DNA from: a virus
Lineage: Duplodnaviria > Caudoviricetes
Virus record (IMG/VR): IMGVR_UViG_3300037400_005024
Location: 94,254-158,253 of that record
Reading direction: 5' to 3' (one strand)
DNA length: 64,000 nucleotides
Shown here: positions 49,877-60,619 of the stretch, piece after piece
How positions within the stretch are numbered: the first letter of the stretch is position 1
How the letters are laid out: every line of letters starts with the position of its first letter
Program-made: the position numbers and the translations under genes
The notes under the pieces: model-generated
Seen by the model: the letters and a program-made list of their open reading frames with translations, nothing else
Told to the model about the DNA's origin: nothing
Databases searched by the model: none

Positions 49877-50458
49877 TTAAAGTGCTGTCTCATTTAAGGT
49901 TGGAGCATTAGCTGAACCAGGTTCTTGAACAGTATTACCACCAACTACCCAATCAGAGAATGTGAATGTAACATCAAATTCTTGAATAGTATCTAAAGTT
50001 TCTGCAGCAACTGAAATTTCAGCAACTTCAGATGGGAATAGATTATGGAATGTGTACTTAGCAGTTTCATTACCAGCTGAATCTAACTGAACAACAGATG
50101 CATCTACCATCAGATTTGCTGGAACTCCAGAATGTTTGTTATCCTGGTAGTGATCAATTGAAGCCATCCATGCAACAAAATCACGACGTAAATCATGACC
50201 TTCTGTATTATAGAATGTAATATTCCAAGAATTTGTAAATGTAGTATCACCAGGTAATGGTAACTTTCTACCTTGATTAAAAACTTCAATAACGCCAATT
50301 GTCATTGATGGAAAAGTTGTAGCCTTTGCTAAAACTGAAATATTTCTCTGATTAGATGAAGTTGAAACACCACCAGGAAATGATAGAGTAACTCTATATT
50401 TTGAGGCACGTGCTCCAGCACCTAATGCAGTTTTAAGTTCGTTAATTACGTTTGCCAT
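49877..50458 (-). CDS. gp19: tail tube protein
   Basis: GARASKY, A..FP, GRK..LPGD, W..TFYN, VVQLD, FP..V..I, F.VTF. Confidence 0.92.
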   Translation of the reverse strand: MANVINELKTALGAGARASKYRVTLSFPGGVSTSSNQRNISVLAKATTFPSMTIGVIEVFNQGRKLPLPGDTTFTNSWNITFYNTEGHDLRRDFVAWMASIDHYQDNKHSGVPANLMVDASVVQLDSAGNETAKYTFHNLFPSEVAEISVAAETLDTIQEFDVTFTFSDWVVGGNTVQEPGSANAPTLNETAL

Positions 50459-50550
50459 TTAAAACCTTATATGAAAGAAATTTTTAATTATTTATATTTT
50501 TTGAAAAAGTCTCAAAAAGTTATAAATAGTTAAAAATTATTTCTTTTTAA

Positions 50551-51513
50551 ATGTCAGCTACAAGTGATTTAATACATGCTGCGATAGGTGAAGGTGCTCG
50601 ATCAACTAAGTTTGATGTAGCATTTCAATTCACTAATCCGTCTATGTTTCCGAGCGCTCAGAATGTTGCTGTAATGGTTAAAACAACTACATTTCCAGCT
50701 AAACAACATCAGACAATAGATTTTAAATATGCAGGACGTTCTATTCCTATTAGAGGACAAGTTAAATACTCTAATACATGGGAATGTACATTCTATTTAC
50801 CACAAGATCATTCTATTAAAAAGGCATTTGAATCTTGGATAGATGCTTTAGATGAAACAGTTTACTTTGAAGATACTCCATCTGCTGATGTTTCAAGAAC
50901 ACGATCTCTACATAATCGTTCAGGTTATGTAAAGGATATTGCAATTTATCAGTTAGATTTTACTGGAACTCAGCAAGTTGCAAGATATACTTTACATAAC
51001 GTGTTTCCGATTGAAGTTCAGCCTTTAACTGTTCAGTCAGATGGACCTGGTGATATAGAAGAACTTTCTGTAACATTTTCATTTTCGCATTTTGAATTAG
51101 AATCTTTAAAAAGTACTTCTGGTGCTTTTGTTGATAATCTTGTAAATAAGATAAGTTCTCAATTATCTGAAGTTGGTTCTAATTTATTAAATAAACTAGG
51201 ATCTGAAATTTCATCATTTTTACCAGGATCACTTGCTGATGGTTCATTACTTGATGATATTGCAAATGCTCCTCAGAAGATTATCGATTCTATTAACATT
51301 ACACGATTGACTGATGAAGTTGGAAGTTTATTTGATGGAACAAATCCAGATTATAAATTACCAAACTTCGTTTCAAGCGGTGTTAAATTTGCTAAAGAAT
51401 CATTTAATAGTTTAGTTAAAGCTGGATCTGATGCAGTAAATTCTATTAAAGGTACTGTTTCAAATGCCGCATCTAACGTAGTAAATTCTTTTAAAGGCAC
51501 AGGTTCAAAGTAA
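50551..51513 (+). CDS. gp19-fold tail tube / tube-initiator paralogue
   Basis: GARSTKF, TTFPA, GRSIPI.G, YQLD, VFP motifs plus C-terminal extension. Confidence 0.8.
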   Translation: MSATSDLIHAAIGEGARSTKFDVAFQFTNPSMFPSAQNVAVMVKTTTFPAKQHQTIDFKYAGRSIPIRGQVKYSNTWECTFYLPQDHSIKKAFESWIDALDETVYFEDTPSADVSRTRSLHNRSGYVKDIAIYQLDFTGTQQVARYTLHNVFPIEVQPLTVQSDGPGDIEELSVTFSFSHFELESLKSTSGAFVDNLVNKISSQLSEVGSNLLNKLGSEISSFLPGSLADGSLLDDIANAPQKIIDSINITRLTDEVGSLFDGTNPDYKLPNFVSSGVKFAKESFNSLVKAGSDAVNSIKGTVSNAASNVVNSFKGTGSK

Positions 51514-51539
51514 CTATATTGAACTTTTTCTAAAAATAA

Positions 51540-51610
51540 AAAAGCCTTTAAGAATCAATAACTTAGTTAAAGCAATACTAAAACTAAATTATTGATTTAT
51601 AAAGGCTTTT
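51540..51610. repeat. dispersed palindrome copy 4
   Basis: Boxes 51553-51565 and 51585-51597. Confidence 0.85.
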
Positions 51611-51637
51611 TAAAATTACTTAAATTTTAGAACATTT

Positions 51638-53263
51638 TTAAGAATACTCTTTCAAGATATCAGAATATAAGAAATGAATTTCTTTAGGTGTATTTTGTTT
51701 AAAATACTTTTCATTGTTAATATTCGCAATAACTTTAGTTGCAGAAATATCTTCATCTGTTCTAACTAATTCTTTAACTTTCATTCCTAGAACATTTTTT
51801 AATTGTTTTTCATAATCGGAAACTCTGTCAGAACCAGCATAAACGGCATTGATGTTGAAATCAGAGTTAGAAATAATTCTTAAAAGATTTCCATTACTTG
51901 ATTTAACAATTTGAACTTTATTACCAAACTGTTTTAGTGCAACTTCAAGCATTCTTAAACGTAGGTCTTCTGTTTTTGCAGTATCTTTAGAAGAAACTAA
52001 ACAAACTAAAACTTTATCAAATTCTTTAGTAGCTAATTTAATTAAATTAAAATGTGCTTTTGTTAAAACTCTAAATTTACCAAGAACTAAACAACCGTTA
52101 TTGCCTTTTAATGATTTTAAAATTAAAGTTTTAACATTTAATTCTATATCATCTTTAATGATTGTTTCGTTTTTCTTAGAATGGCTATAATTTAATTCAT
52201 AACGTTTTAGTAAAGAACTCATTTGAGAAAGCATATCAGAAAGTGACTTTTTCTTATCTATCTTATAGAAGATATCATAAGCACTTCCTTTTACATTTTC
52301 CCAGTACTGATTCTCTGAAGACTCATCTGACTCTTTCCATTTATTCTTAATTTCAGCTCGTTTAACCTGATCTAACTGATAATCTTGCTGAATCTTTAGA
52401 ATTTTACCATCTGAAAACTTCAGAACAACGCCTTCTTCTTTTCCTCCGAAAACAGAAGGAATTCCAAGTAATAAAGAAGATAATCTGTTATAAGTATCTG
52501 TATAATCAGAAAAATCAAAAAACTCTTTGAACTTGCTAAAAGCAATCTTCAGGTCTTTTGCTAAAATTCCTCTTTCAAACTCTTCTTTAGAACTCATAAC
52601 ACCATTGAAAATCTTCAATGGAACATTTAACTTAAGCTCTTTAGCAAAAATATCGCGTTTTGCAGTTTTCATTCCTGAATTCTTTGTTTTAAGAATTCCG
52701 AATTCGGCAGTATAAGTTGATTTAGAATATCCAATTAAAACAATTCCATGTGGTCTTTCATAATTAGAGGAAAGTGTTGGCTTTCTCATTAGATATTCTA
52801 ACTGAAGTTCTGTACCAACTGGAATTGAGGTCTTTCCTAAAGATTTAAAATGGTCTAAAACAATCTTGAATTGAGAACTGCCAATTGAAGATTTTTTAAT
52901 ATTATCATCAGAGTTATAATTAAATTCTTCAGAATATAAAATGTGACCTTTATAAGCAATTATCCAATCGGATAAATCGCCATCGTCAGCAATTTTGAGT
53001 GCAGTAACTTTAACACCATCTGTTTTTGCTTCAATTTCAACTGGAGTATTAAAGAACCACTCTAGTTTTTTACTTGAATTTAAAAACTTATTCGCAGCTA
53101 AAATTGAAATATCTAATCTGTCGCCGGATACACTTTCTGTGATAAAGTCTTCTGTTTTTAATATTTCAAGTTTTGAAAAATCTTCATTTAAATCTAATTT
53201 AAAAGAATTTAATGTATTTTTAAAAGACTTTAATTTTGAATCTACAAATTCTGAAAAACTCAT
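51638..53263 (-). CDS. ligase-like nucleotidyltransferase fused to HIGH-type cytidylyltransferase domain
   Basis: AKTDG and EEGVVLK (ligase motifs I/IV); GKFRVLTKAH, AGSDRV, ISAT (HIGH fold). Confidence 0.7.
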   Translation of the reverse strand: MSFSEFVDSKLKSFKNTLNSFKLDLNEDFSKLEILKTEDFITESVSGDRLDISILAANKFLNSSKKLEWFFNTPVEIEAKTDGVKVTALKIADDGDLSDWIIAYKGHILYSEEFNYNSDDNIKKSSIGSSQFKIVLDHFKSLGKTSIPVGTELQLEYLMRKPTLSSNYERPHGIVLIGYSKSTYTAEFGILKTKNSGMKTAKRDIFAKELKLNVPLKIFNGVMSSKEEFERGILAKDLKIAFSKFKEFFDFSDYTDTYNRLSSLLLGIPSVFGGKEEGVVLKFSDGKILKIQQDYQLDQVKRAEIKNKWKESDESSENQYWENVKGSAYDIFYKIDKKKSLSDMLSQMSSLLKRYELNYSHSKKNETIIKDDIELNVKTLILKSLKGNNGCLVLGKFRVLTKAHFNLIKLATKEFDKVLVCLVSSKDTAKTEDLRLRMLEVALKQFGNKVQIVKSSNGNLLRIISNSDFNINAVYAGSDRVSDYEKQLKNVLGMKVKELVRTDEDISATKVIANINNEKYFKQNTPKEIHFLYSDILKEYS

Positions 53264-54475
53264 TTAAAATCCTCTTTCTTCAAGAAATTCTAAGAAACTC
53301 ATTTCAAGAATTCTTGACTTACCACGTTGACCATAATCAGAATAATACTGTTTTATGAACTGTTTTGACTTATCTGATAAGCCTAATTCTTTAATGAATT
53401 TCTGATAAGCCTTTTCTTTAATTTCTCTATCAAGTTCAGGGTTTTGAACTTCTAACTCCTGAGCACGCTGAGGTTTTAATCCCCAAAGTAATTCAATGAA
53501 ACGATCATGTGTACGTTCTAAAGCTTCTCTATCAAGATGCTTTTTACATAACTTTAATAAAGAAACAAATGAATTCATTAACTTAATATCTGAAGGATTT
53601 GCTCTTGGTTTTTTAAATACTAACTTATAAATTCTATTTAGATCTGTAATGAAGTTAGATGAACCGGTTGGAATCTCTTTATAAATGAATTTATCATCTT
53701 TCATGACAATATCACCATTAGGATCTAATAGTGGTTCATATGCAATTCTAAGTCCTTTATCAACTGAGAACTTTAACATTCTAGGATTTATATTTGCTTT
53801 AGAACTTGAAATCTTGTAATTATCGTAAGTACTCTTAGAAGTTGCAATTAGAATATCATCACGTTGAGAAGATGCACCAACTAGTGCTCTTAACAGATAT
53901 TTATGAGCAACTGCTTTAATGCCTTCTAAAGCATCTTCATAAGAAGAAGAATGAGAAAACTTAGCCCAGGTTGTTGCTCTACCATTCTCAAATGGTAAGA
54001 ATTCAAAATCCATCTGAACATTTACAACTTTATCTGCAAATTTCATCGCAAATACTGCATTAATCTGAGATCCAATACTTTGAATAGTAGGCTTGTTAGA
54101 ACCCATATAGAAAACACCAGGAATAACTTCAGTATCATCGATAGAATCTAAGTAAGTCCATACGTCTTCTTTGTCTTCTTCAGGAACAGTTAAATCAACG
54201 TCACCAACTGATGATTTATACGGTAAAATGTCATCATCTGAATAATCTGTATTCATAACAAATGATGTACTGCCATTGAAAACATATGCATCATCGATTT
54301 GTGATTCATCTTCCCAGATTTTTCTACCAAATTTCTTGTAAAAACCTTTATTTAGTGCTTTTAAAGTTGCTTCAACTTTTTTAATAAAATTAGATCTTCC
54401 AATCTCTTTTAACTGAACTTTTTCTGCTCTTGTCTCTTTACCAGATTTTGAAAGAGCAGTAACGTTTCCACCCAT
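53264..54475 (-). CDS. Pol-beta-superfamily nucleotidyltransferase-like protein
   Basis: MGGNV start; GS...GDVDL and QMD acidic triad; late promoter 54511-54518. Confidence 0.6.
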   Translation of the reverse strand: MGGNVTALSKSGKETRAEKVQLKEIGRSNFIKKVEATLKALNKGFYKKFGRKIWEDESQIDDAYVFNGSTSFVMNTDYSDDDILPYKSSVGDVDLTVPEEDKEDVWTYLDSIDDTEVIPGVFYMGSNKPTIQSIGSQINAVFAMKFADKVVNVQMDFEFLPFENGRATTWAKFSHSSSYEDALEGIKAVAHKYLLRALVGASSQRDDILIATSKSTYDNYKISSSKANINPRMLKFSVDKGLRIAYEPLLDPNGDIVMKDDKFIYKEIPTGSSNFITDLNRIYKLVFKKPRANPSDIKLMNSFVSLLKLCKKHLDREALERTHDRFIELLWGLKPQRAQELEVQNPELDREIKEKAYQKFIKELGLSDKSKQFIKQYYSDYGQRGKSRILEMSFLEFLEERGF

Positions 54476-54594
54476 TGAATTCTCCAGTTTTTGTTAACTT
54501 TTACTATATCTATTTATAATCCTTTAACACCAAGTTCAAACTGAAAGCACTAAGAACGTTAAATATGTTGTATTTACATTTTCAAAAATTTTAA

Positions 54595-54660
54595 AAAAGT
54601 CTTTAAAATCAATACCTTAGTAATTTTTAACATAAGTTATTGATTCTAAAAGACTTTTTT
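54595..54660. repeat. dispersed palindrome copy 5 (13-bp spacer)
   Basis: Boxes 54607-54619 and 54633-54645. Confidence 0.85.
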
Positions 54661-54669
54661 TAAACAGTT

Positions 54670-57600
54670 TTAATAAACAAATGGAATTGTCGGAGTTGTT
54701 AAATCAAACGAATCTCGTGCTGATGTTTCTGAGTTTTTGTTTGAGTTTAAACTTGGCAAATTCAAAGGAGGTTGAGCTGATGTATTAGCGTTTTCAGCGG
54801 CTTTCGTCATTAGTATATTATCAACGTTGTTTTCGTTTATATCTTGTATTGATACATTATCTCGTTTAGTTGGAGTTACGTTAAGTATTTCATGTTTAGA
54901 ATCATCTGAACGAGCTTTAGCAAGTGTATTAGCTAATTTATCTGTATCTTTATTTAACTGTTTTATGCGTTTTTCAGCTTCATCGAATTTTCCCTCATTC
55001 CTTAACTGTATAATTGTTTGAAGTTCATCTGCTTGTCTTGCTATTTCTGTTTTAAGAGCATTTTTAGATACTTCTGGCTTTGAAATTTCAGGTTCAGGAG
55101 TATTATGTCCAAGATTTTGAACTAGCGAAACATTCTTTTCAATTTCAACAGCTTTATTCTTTTCGGCACTGATTGTTTCAATATCAACATTAGAACCGTC
55201 AAAATTATCTGAAGCAACATTTTTAGTCACCTCTGAATTTTGATAATCTGAATTAGAAGCAACACCAAGTGCTTTTGATGTTTCTTTTCTGTATCTTGCA
55301 TTTAATTGTTCTTTTAAATCAGGATCTAAAGTACTTAAACCGTTTATATAATTTGAACGTGCACTGTACAACGCTCTTACAATATCTTCTGGCGTTGACT
55401 GTGGAGAAAGTTTAGAAGCTGCAGCGTCGATAATTTTCTTATTTCCAGATAATCCGTGCTGAACTGCTTGAGACCAAAGTGCTTCTTGAACTGCTCTGTT
55501 TGTAACATTAATACCAGCGCTTTTAGCATAGTTAAACACTGGCATAAACAAGTTTTTAGAAATGCATTCATGCTGTTTCTTTAAGAATTCATTAGGATAT
55601 TGTTTAGCTAGTGAAGCCCATTCTTTCTGGAATTCTGGAGAATCTATTTCAAGTTCAGCTAATTTTCCAAACTTCGGATCACCTTTCAGAGATTCAACGA
55701 ACTTAGGAAGAATTCCTTTCTTAGAATTCATTTGCCAAGCACCGTAAGCATAACCAAAGTTATCTTTAGCTACAGTACCTGGGTTTCCTCCAGATTCAAA
55801 TTCACCTGAAACAAATCCTAAATGATCAGAAGTGTTGAATTGAATGTCTTGAGCTTTAATAGAATTAAAATCTTTAATTACATCACTTGAAATATCAGCA
55901 TGATTTGAAAAGTTTGTTGCCCAGACATTATTATATGTTTTTGAATCAATTCCTTTTTCTGAAAGTAACTCAGCTTGTCTAGTATTTGCATTTATCGAAG
56001 ACTGTAAACGTTTTGTTCCGTTTTTATTGTTCTCATACTGATTATAAACGTCTGTAGCATTGTTTTCAGCATTTGGACCTTTTAAATTTAAAATAGTATG
56101 CTTAGTTTGCTGTAATTGATCAATTGCGTCCTTAGCTCGTTTAACTGCGCCTGGATCATTGTAAATCGGAACACCCATTGAATCATAAGTAACGTCCTTT
56201 TTAGCATCTTCTAAATGTTGTCTTTCAATTTTTAATGCTTCATTGATGCTATCTAAAGAAGAAATAGTACTTTGATTTTTGTTTTGAGTTTCAGATTCTC
56301 TTCTAAATTTTATTTCAGCAATTCTATCTTTATCTAAATCTGATAAAGAATACTGTTTTTCAAGAATTTTTAAATCAGAATCAGATAATGCACTTACTTT
56401 AGCCCAATCTTTAATTTCATCTGAACCGAACATGTGAGATTCAACTACACCATCATTCTCTAAACGATTTGCACTCCATTCATCTCGTTGTTCTTGAGTT
56501 GACCCTTTTTTAATTTCTTCTTCGAGTTCAGCTAATCGGTCTGCAACCGCTTGAGCGTCTTCTTCATACTTTGCATTATCTTCATAACAAGCATTATTTA
56601 GTACTGGAAGAAGTTTAGTTGTGATGTAAGCATATTCAACTTCTGGACCTTGGTTTGTAAACTTATCAGGAATTAAATCAAGAGGGGTTTTAAACTGATC
56701 TGATAACCATTGACCAATGCTAGAACCGGCAATAGCACCAATTCCAGCACCTATAGCACCACCTACGAATGCTGCTGGAACTGCACCAATTCCAAAGAAC
56801 CAAACACCTGCTGCAGCTCCTATAGATGCACCTATTTTACCACCTAATGCAGCACCAGCAGCGGCTCCAACTGTGTTTGCAACAGCATCTTGTCTGTCTG
56901 CATCGCATTCAGCGTTAACATAATCATAAACACCTTCACCAATTGTAACTGCAGCCATTGCGGTACCAGCACCAGGCATAAAACGTGCTAAGCTTTTAGC
57001 AACTTTAGTTGGTCTAAAAGTTTTCTTTGAAATATTTTTAGCATTTTCTAAAACAGCTTTTTCTTGTTGAGGAGTAAGTTTCGCAGAATTTTTAGCACTT
57101 TCTGTTTTAGCATTCTCTGTGTTCTTTGGAGTTTCTGTTTTAGCATTCTCTGCATTTTTAGCACTTTCTGTTTTAGCATTCGCAGCATTCTGAACCTTTT
57201 CAGGTGTTTTAACCTCAGGTGTTTTAGCTTTTTCAGGTGTTTTAGCTTTTTCAGGTGTTTTAACCTCAGGTGTTTTAGCTTTTTCTATTTTAGCTTTTTC
57301 AGAATTTTCTATTTTAGCTTTTTCAGAATTTTCTATTTTAGCTTTTTCAGAATTTTCTATTTTAGCTTTTTCAGAATTTTCTATTTTAGCTTTTTCAGAA
57401 TTTTCTATTTTAGCTTTTTCAGAATTCTGAACTTTTGGAGTCTTTTTAGCTTCTGTTTCTTGTAATCTAGGTTTAGGAACTTTATTCTTTGGCTTTTTAG
57501 TAGCTTTAGAATTCTTTGGCTTATTTGGCTTCTTTGAATTCTTTGGCTTCTTTGAATTCTTTGGCTTCTTTGAATTCTTTGGCTTCTTTGGCTTTTTAGG

Positions 57601-58062
57601 TCTTCTAGGTCTTCTAGGAAGTCCTGGAGTTAAATCTAGATCAAACCCCGGACCATCAGAACTTTCTGAATCAGAATTTCCATCTCCGTAATAATTGTTT
57701 ATAATAATTGTATCAGATTTGTCTTTATGCTTGATTGAAGTATCTTGCTCATCAATCTGATTTGCTTCAATCTTTTTAAGAACAGAAAGAATATTCTTAT
57801 TAGTAATAAGTAACTTATTAAACTTTGAATCTTTTACATCTAAGTCTTCAGGTTTTAAAGCAGCATTTAAGAATGTAAAATATTTTCCGAACTCTAAAGC
57901 ATTTTTAACCTTTAAAGCTGTTGCTAACTTATTGTTTGTTCCAACAGCCTTTGGATATGTCAAAGTGTCGATGTTAGGTTCTTTTAGGTGTTTTAAACTG
58001 ACATTTGACGGAATTTTAGAAACTTTAGCTTCCTTTTTTGCGTTATCAAAGTTTTTATTCAT
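54670..58062 (-). CDS. tape-measure / baseplate-hub protein with VgrG3-like peptidoglycan hydrolase domain
   Basis: G/A-rich TM zipper; LG..S..FES.G, YGAWQ, WSQAVQHG, Y.AR, RY..E; K/P-rich tandem repeats. Confidence 0.7.
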   Translation of the reverse strand: MNKNFDNAKKEAKVSKIPSNVSLKHLKEPNIDTLTYPKAVGTNNKLATALKVKNALEFGKYFTFLNAALKPEDLDVKDSKFNKLLITNKNILSVLKKIEANQIDEQDTSIKHKDKSDTIIINNYYGDGNSDSESSDGPGFDLDLTPGLPRRPRRPKKPKKPKNSKKPKNSKKPKNSKKPNKPKNSKATKKPKNKVPKPRLQETEAKKTPKVQNSEKAKIENSEKAKIENSEKAKIENSEKAKIENSEKAKIENSEKAKIEKAKTPEVKTPEKAKTPEKAKTPEVKTPEKVQNAANAKTESAKNAENAKTETPKNTENAKTESAKNSAKLTPQQEKAVLENAKNISKKTFRPTKVAKSLARFMPGAGTAMAAVTIGEGVYDYVNAECDADRQDAVANTVGAAAGAALGGKIGASIGAAAGVWFFGIGAVPAAFVGGAIGAGIGAIAGSSIGQWLSDQFKTPLDLIPDKFTNQGPEVEYAYITTKLLPVLNNACYEDNAKYEEDAQAVADRLAELEEEIKKGSTQEQRDEWSANRLENDGVVESHMFGSDEIKDWAKVSALSDSDLKILEKQYSLSDLDKDRIAEIKFRRESETQNKNQSTISSLDSINEALKIERQHLEDAKKDVTYDSMGVPIYNDPGAVKRAKDAIDQLQQTKHTILNLKGPNAENNATDVYNQYENNKNGTKRLQSSINANTRQAELLSEKGIDSKTYNNVWATNFSNHADISSDVIKDFNSIKAQDIQFNTSDHLGFVSGEFESGGNPGTVAKDNFGYAYGAWQMNSKKGILPKFVESLKGDPKFGKLAELEIDSPEFQKEWASLAKQYPNEFLKKQHECISKNLFMPVFNYAKSAGINVTNRAVQEALWSQAVQHGLSGNKKIIDAAASKLSPQSTPEDIVRALYSARSNYINGLSTLDPDLKEQLNARYRKETSKALGVASNSDYQNSEVTKNVASDNFDGSNVDIETISAEKNKAVEIEKNVSLVQNLGHNTPEPEISKPEVSKNALKTEIARQADELQTIIQLRNEGKFDEAEKRIKQLNKDTDKLANTLAKARSDDSKHEILNVTPTKRDNVSIQDINENNVDNILMTKAAENANTSAQPPLNLPSLNSNKNSETSARDSFDLTTPTIPFVY
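57283..57426 (-). repeat. 6 x 24-bp perfect tandem repeat (NSEKAKIE)
   Basis: TTCTATTTTAGCTTTTTCAGAATT x6; adjacent 15-bp and 18-bp (57524-57590) repeats. Confidence 0.95.
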
Positions 58063-58064
58063 AA

Positions 58065-58787
58065 TTATCTTCTAATCTTTTTAACTGCTTCGTTGTGCTT
58101 TTCAACTGATTCATTATATAAAGAACTAAAAATTACTCTTTCAAATGGTAATAATGAATCTATATCTTGTTTAGACCATTTTCCAGTAAAAATAAGATTT
58201 TCGTAAAAGTTATAAATTGATTCAATAGTAGATTCAGATAAAGATGAAATAACCATTTTATTAGAATTCAAATCTATATATGATTCATGCGCACATGCCA
58301 AACACTTAAATTTTCTAATAAAATTATTTGTAGTTTGATACTTTGAAATGTTTTCATAGATATTTTCATAAGTATCAATATCTAAATCTTCATAATTTAT
58401 TAAAAAGTTATTCTGAAAATCTTCCTCATTTTCTGGAAGTCGTTTTAAATCTCTGACAAAATCTGATTTTAACTCAGCTTTGTTAACAATGTTTGTTATA
58501 CTAATTTCAGTTTCAATTGGCATTCCGCAAGCTGGACAAACACATTGTATTGCAAAATTTTCATCAACTGAAACTTCTCTATATTTGTAGAGTAAAATTA
58601 CTTTCTCATCGTGAGATAGTTTAGAATATAGCTTACTATCTACTTTTAAAATATCCAGAGCTGCATCTAGAATATCATCGTTGTATTCTGGATAATATGT
58701 GTCCAAGAAAAGTAACTCTTTTTCTTGAGCAACTGTATAGGGTTCTATTTTAATTGTATATCCAAAATCTTTAAATGGTATTTTCAT
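58065..58787 (-). CDS. baseplate hub assembly protein (gp26/gp51-like)
   Basis: PYTV..EK.L, CPAC, C..C, WS...ID.L.PFER. Confidence 0.75.
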   Translation of the reverse strand: MKIPFKDFGYTIKIEPYTVAQEKELLFLDTYYPEYNDDILDAALDILKVDSKLYSKLSHDEKVILLYKYREVSVDENFAIQCVCPACGMPIETEISITNIVNKAELKSDFVRDLKRLPENEEDFQNNFLINYEDLDIDTYENIYENISKYQTTNNFIRKFKCLACAHESYIDLNSNKMVISSLSESTIESIYNFYENLIFTGKWSKQDIDSLLPFERVIFSSLYNESVEKHNEAVKKIRR

Positions 58788-59569
58788 TAGATACCACCGA
58801 TATTAAACCATGACTTAGGATAAAAATTATCAACATTCTTAAAATCAAAACGATCTTCATAATCACAATCAGGACAAGTACAATAACCGATTGTATTATA
58901 TGAAAATCTCATTGAATTCCATTGTTTAAAAATGTCTTCAAATGTTTCAATATCCATTGAATCAAAAATTTTAATCAATTCTTCAGCACTAAAATCAATT
59001 CTTGAATTAAATTCTGTAATATGTAAAATAAAATCAATAAGAATTTTTTGCTCATTATCGGTTATATTCATAATCATATTTTCATAAAATTCTTGATTTT
59101 TAATATTACCCACTTTAATTGAATAATTTCCAGATTTAATTTCTGAGTACTTTCTATCATTCTTTTCAAGAATATCAGAAAAATGAACATTACAATTGTA
59201 AACAGTTCCGCAATTAGGACATGTTACAACATACTTAGTAACGTAATTTGGAAGACTTTTATTTCTGATATTAAATAAAACATACTCATATTCTAAATAA
59301 TCAAGTGCTTCTTTAGGATTTTCTAAGCAATTAAAAACTAGTGCTTTCTTTTTATCATAATTTGTTTTAGCTTTTATCAGATTTTCTTTATCTTTAACTT
59401 TCCAAGTTCTGAATTTTATTTTTCGTCCTTGAAGTTCTAATTCATATGGAAATTCTTGAGACTTTGGAATATTTTTAACTGTTTTATCTGTTTTGTTTGT
59501 TTCTGTTTTCTTAACTTCTGATAAAGTCTGAATTTCAGATAAATTTATTTTAGATGTGTCAATTGCCAT
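58787..59569 (-). CDS. baseplate hub protein (gp26-like)
   Basis: KIKFR.W.VK, IR.KS, CPNC, CPDC. Confidence 0.75.
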   Translation of the reverse strand: MAIDTSKINLSEIQTLSEVKKTETNKTDKTVKNIPKSQEFPYELELQGRKIKFRTWKVKDKENLIKAKTNYDKKKALVFNCLENPKEALDYLEYEYVLFNIRNKSLPNYVTKYVVTCPNCGTVYNCNVHFSDILEKNDRKYSEIKSGNYSIKVGNIKNQEFYENMIMNITDNEQKILIDFILHITEFNSRIDFSAEELIKIFDSMDIETFEDIFKQWNSMRFSYNTIGYCTCPDCDYEDRFDFKNVDNFYPKSWFNIGGI

Positions 59570-59581
59570 GTATATATCCTC

Positions 59582-60106
59582 TTATAATGCGGCTGAAGCA
59601 TATTTAGTAGCAGTCATTTCAACATCAAACTCTACAATTTGAGCTTCTGTTTCATTAGAAAATTGAACCTGAGAAACACTGTCAATTAAACATTTTTCGA
59701 ATGTTGCTATAACAATATCAGATTCGTTTAAATAATCTGCTTTTTTAATTACTTTTACCGTTAGAAAAGAATCTTCCGGATAAGTGATTTTTTGAGCAGC
59801 GTACAGAATTGAAAATGCTCTGTACATTTTCATCTGGTCAAAATCTCTAACAGTAAATGAAAATGTTAAAAGATTAGGCTTGCCTACAGCTCTCATGTAA
59901 TTATCTGCGACAAATGTCTCGATAACGTCATGCGATAATTGAGGCATATTAAAATTTTTAATTGATAATTTGCAATCTTTAAATGGTATTTTATATTTTG
60001 AAACTTTTGAAACTGCATCTTTACCAATTGCATTTATTTCTATTTCAAAATTGTTAACTTGTGACCATTTAGTTTTGTAAATTTTAGAAACTAAATCTGA
60101 TAACAT
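59582..60106 (-). CDS. third gp19-fold (gp48/gp54-like) tube protein
   Basis: N.FEI, MP, FSFT, QFS...QIVEFDV; late promoter. Confidence 0.65.
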   Translation of the reverse strand: MLSDLVSKIYKTKWSQVNNFEIEINAIGKDAVSKVSKYKIPFKDCKLSIKNFNMPQLSHDVIETFVADNYMRAVGKPNLLTFSFTVRDFDQMKMYRAFSILYAAQKITYPEDSFLTVKVIKKADYLNESDIVIATFEKCLIDSVSQVQFSNETEAQIVEFDVEMTATKYASAAL

Positions 60107-60181
60107 ATCAAAAATATTTTTAATCTATCTATTTATAAAAAATCTTTAATCCTTTAATGTTTATAAATAAATATAAAAAAT

Positions 60182-60616
60182 ATGATAGACTTAAATGCAC
60201 TTAAACGGTATACAGAGTTACAACAAGAGCAATTTAAAGAAAGTATTTTTAATATCGCAAGTATAACGGAAGTTATAGGAGTTATGGGTATGTCTGATAT
60301 TGTAGAAAAAGGTGATGGTTATATAAGATTTGAAAATGGAATTCAAATTTGCTTCGGTGAATTTAACATCACTGGTTCTTGGAATGAACAAAATAACCAG
60401 GTCATTAATGAAAATATAATATTTTCTAAAGAATTTATTAACAAACCTATTGTCACAGCAAATAACAATGGTACCGGTGGTTGGTGGTCGTCTTCTGCAC
60501 TTAATATAACAAATTCTAATTTTGATTTTAGTTTAGGTTTAACACATAATTCACATAGCCATACAGGTACAACAATGTGCCAATATTTTGCATTTGGTTT
60601 TTGGAAAGAAATTTAA
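60182..60616 (+). CDS. tail-fibre tip-like protein (gp53-like C-terminal / H-lectin-like domain)
   Basis: GYIRFENGIQICFG, IIF...F...P.V, YFA.G.WK. Confidence 0.7.
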   Translation: MIDLNALKRYTELQQEQFKESIFNIASITEVIGVMGMSDIVEKGDGYIRFENGIQICFGEFNITGSWNEQNNQVINENIIFSKEFINKPIVTANNNGTGGWWSSSALNITNSNFDFSLGLTHNSHSHTGTTMCQYFAFGFWKEI

Positions 60617-60619
60617 ACA

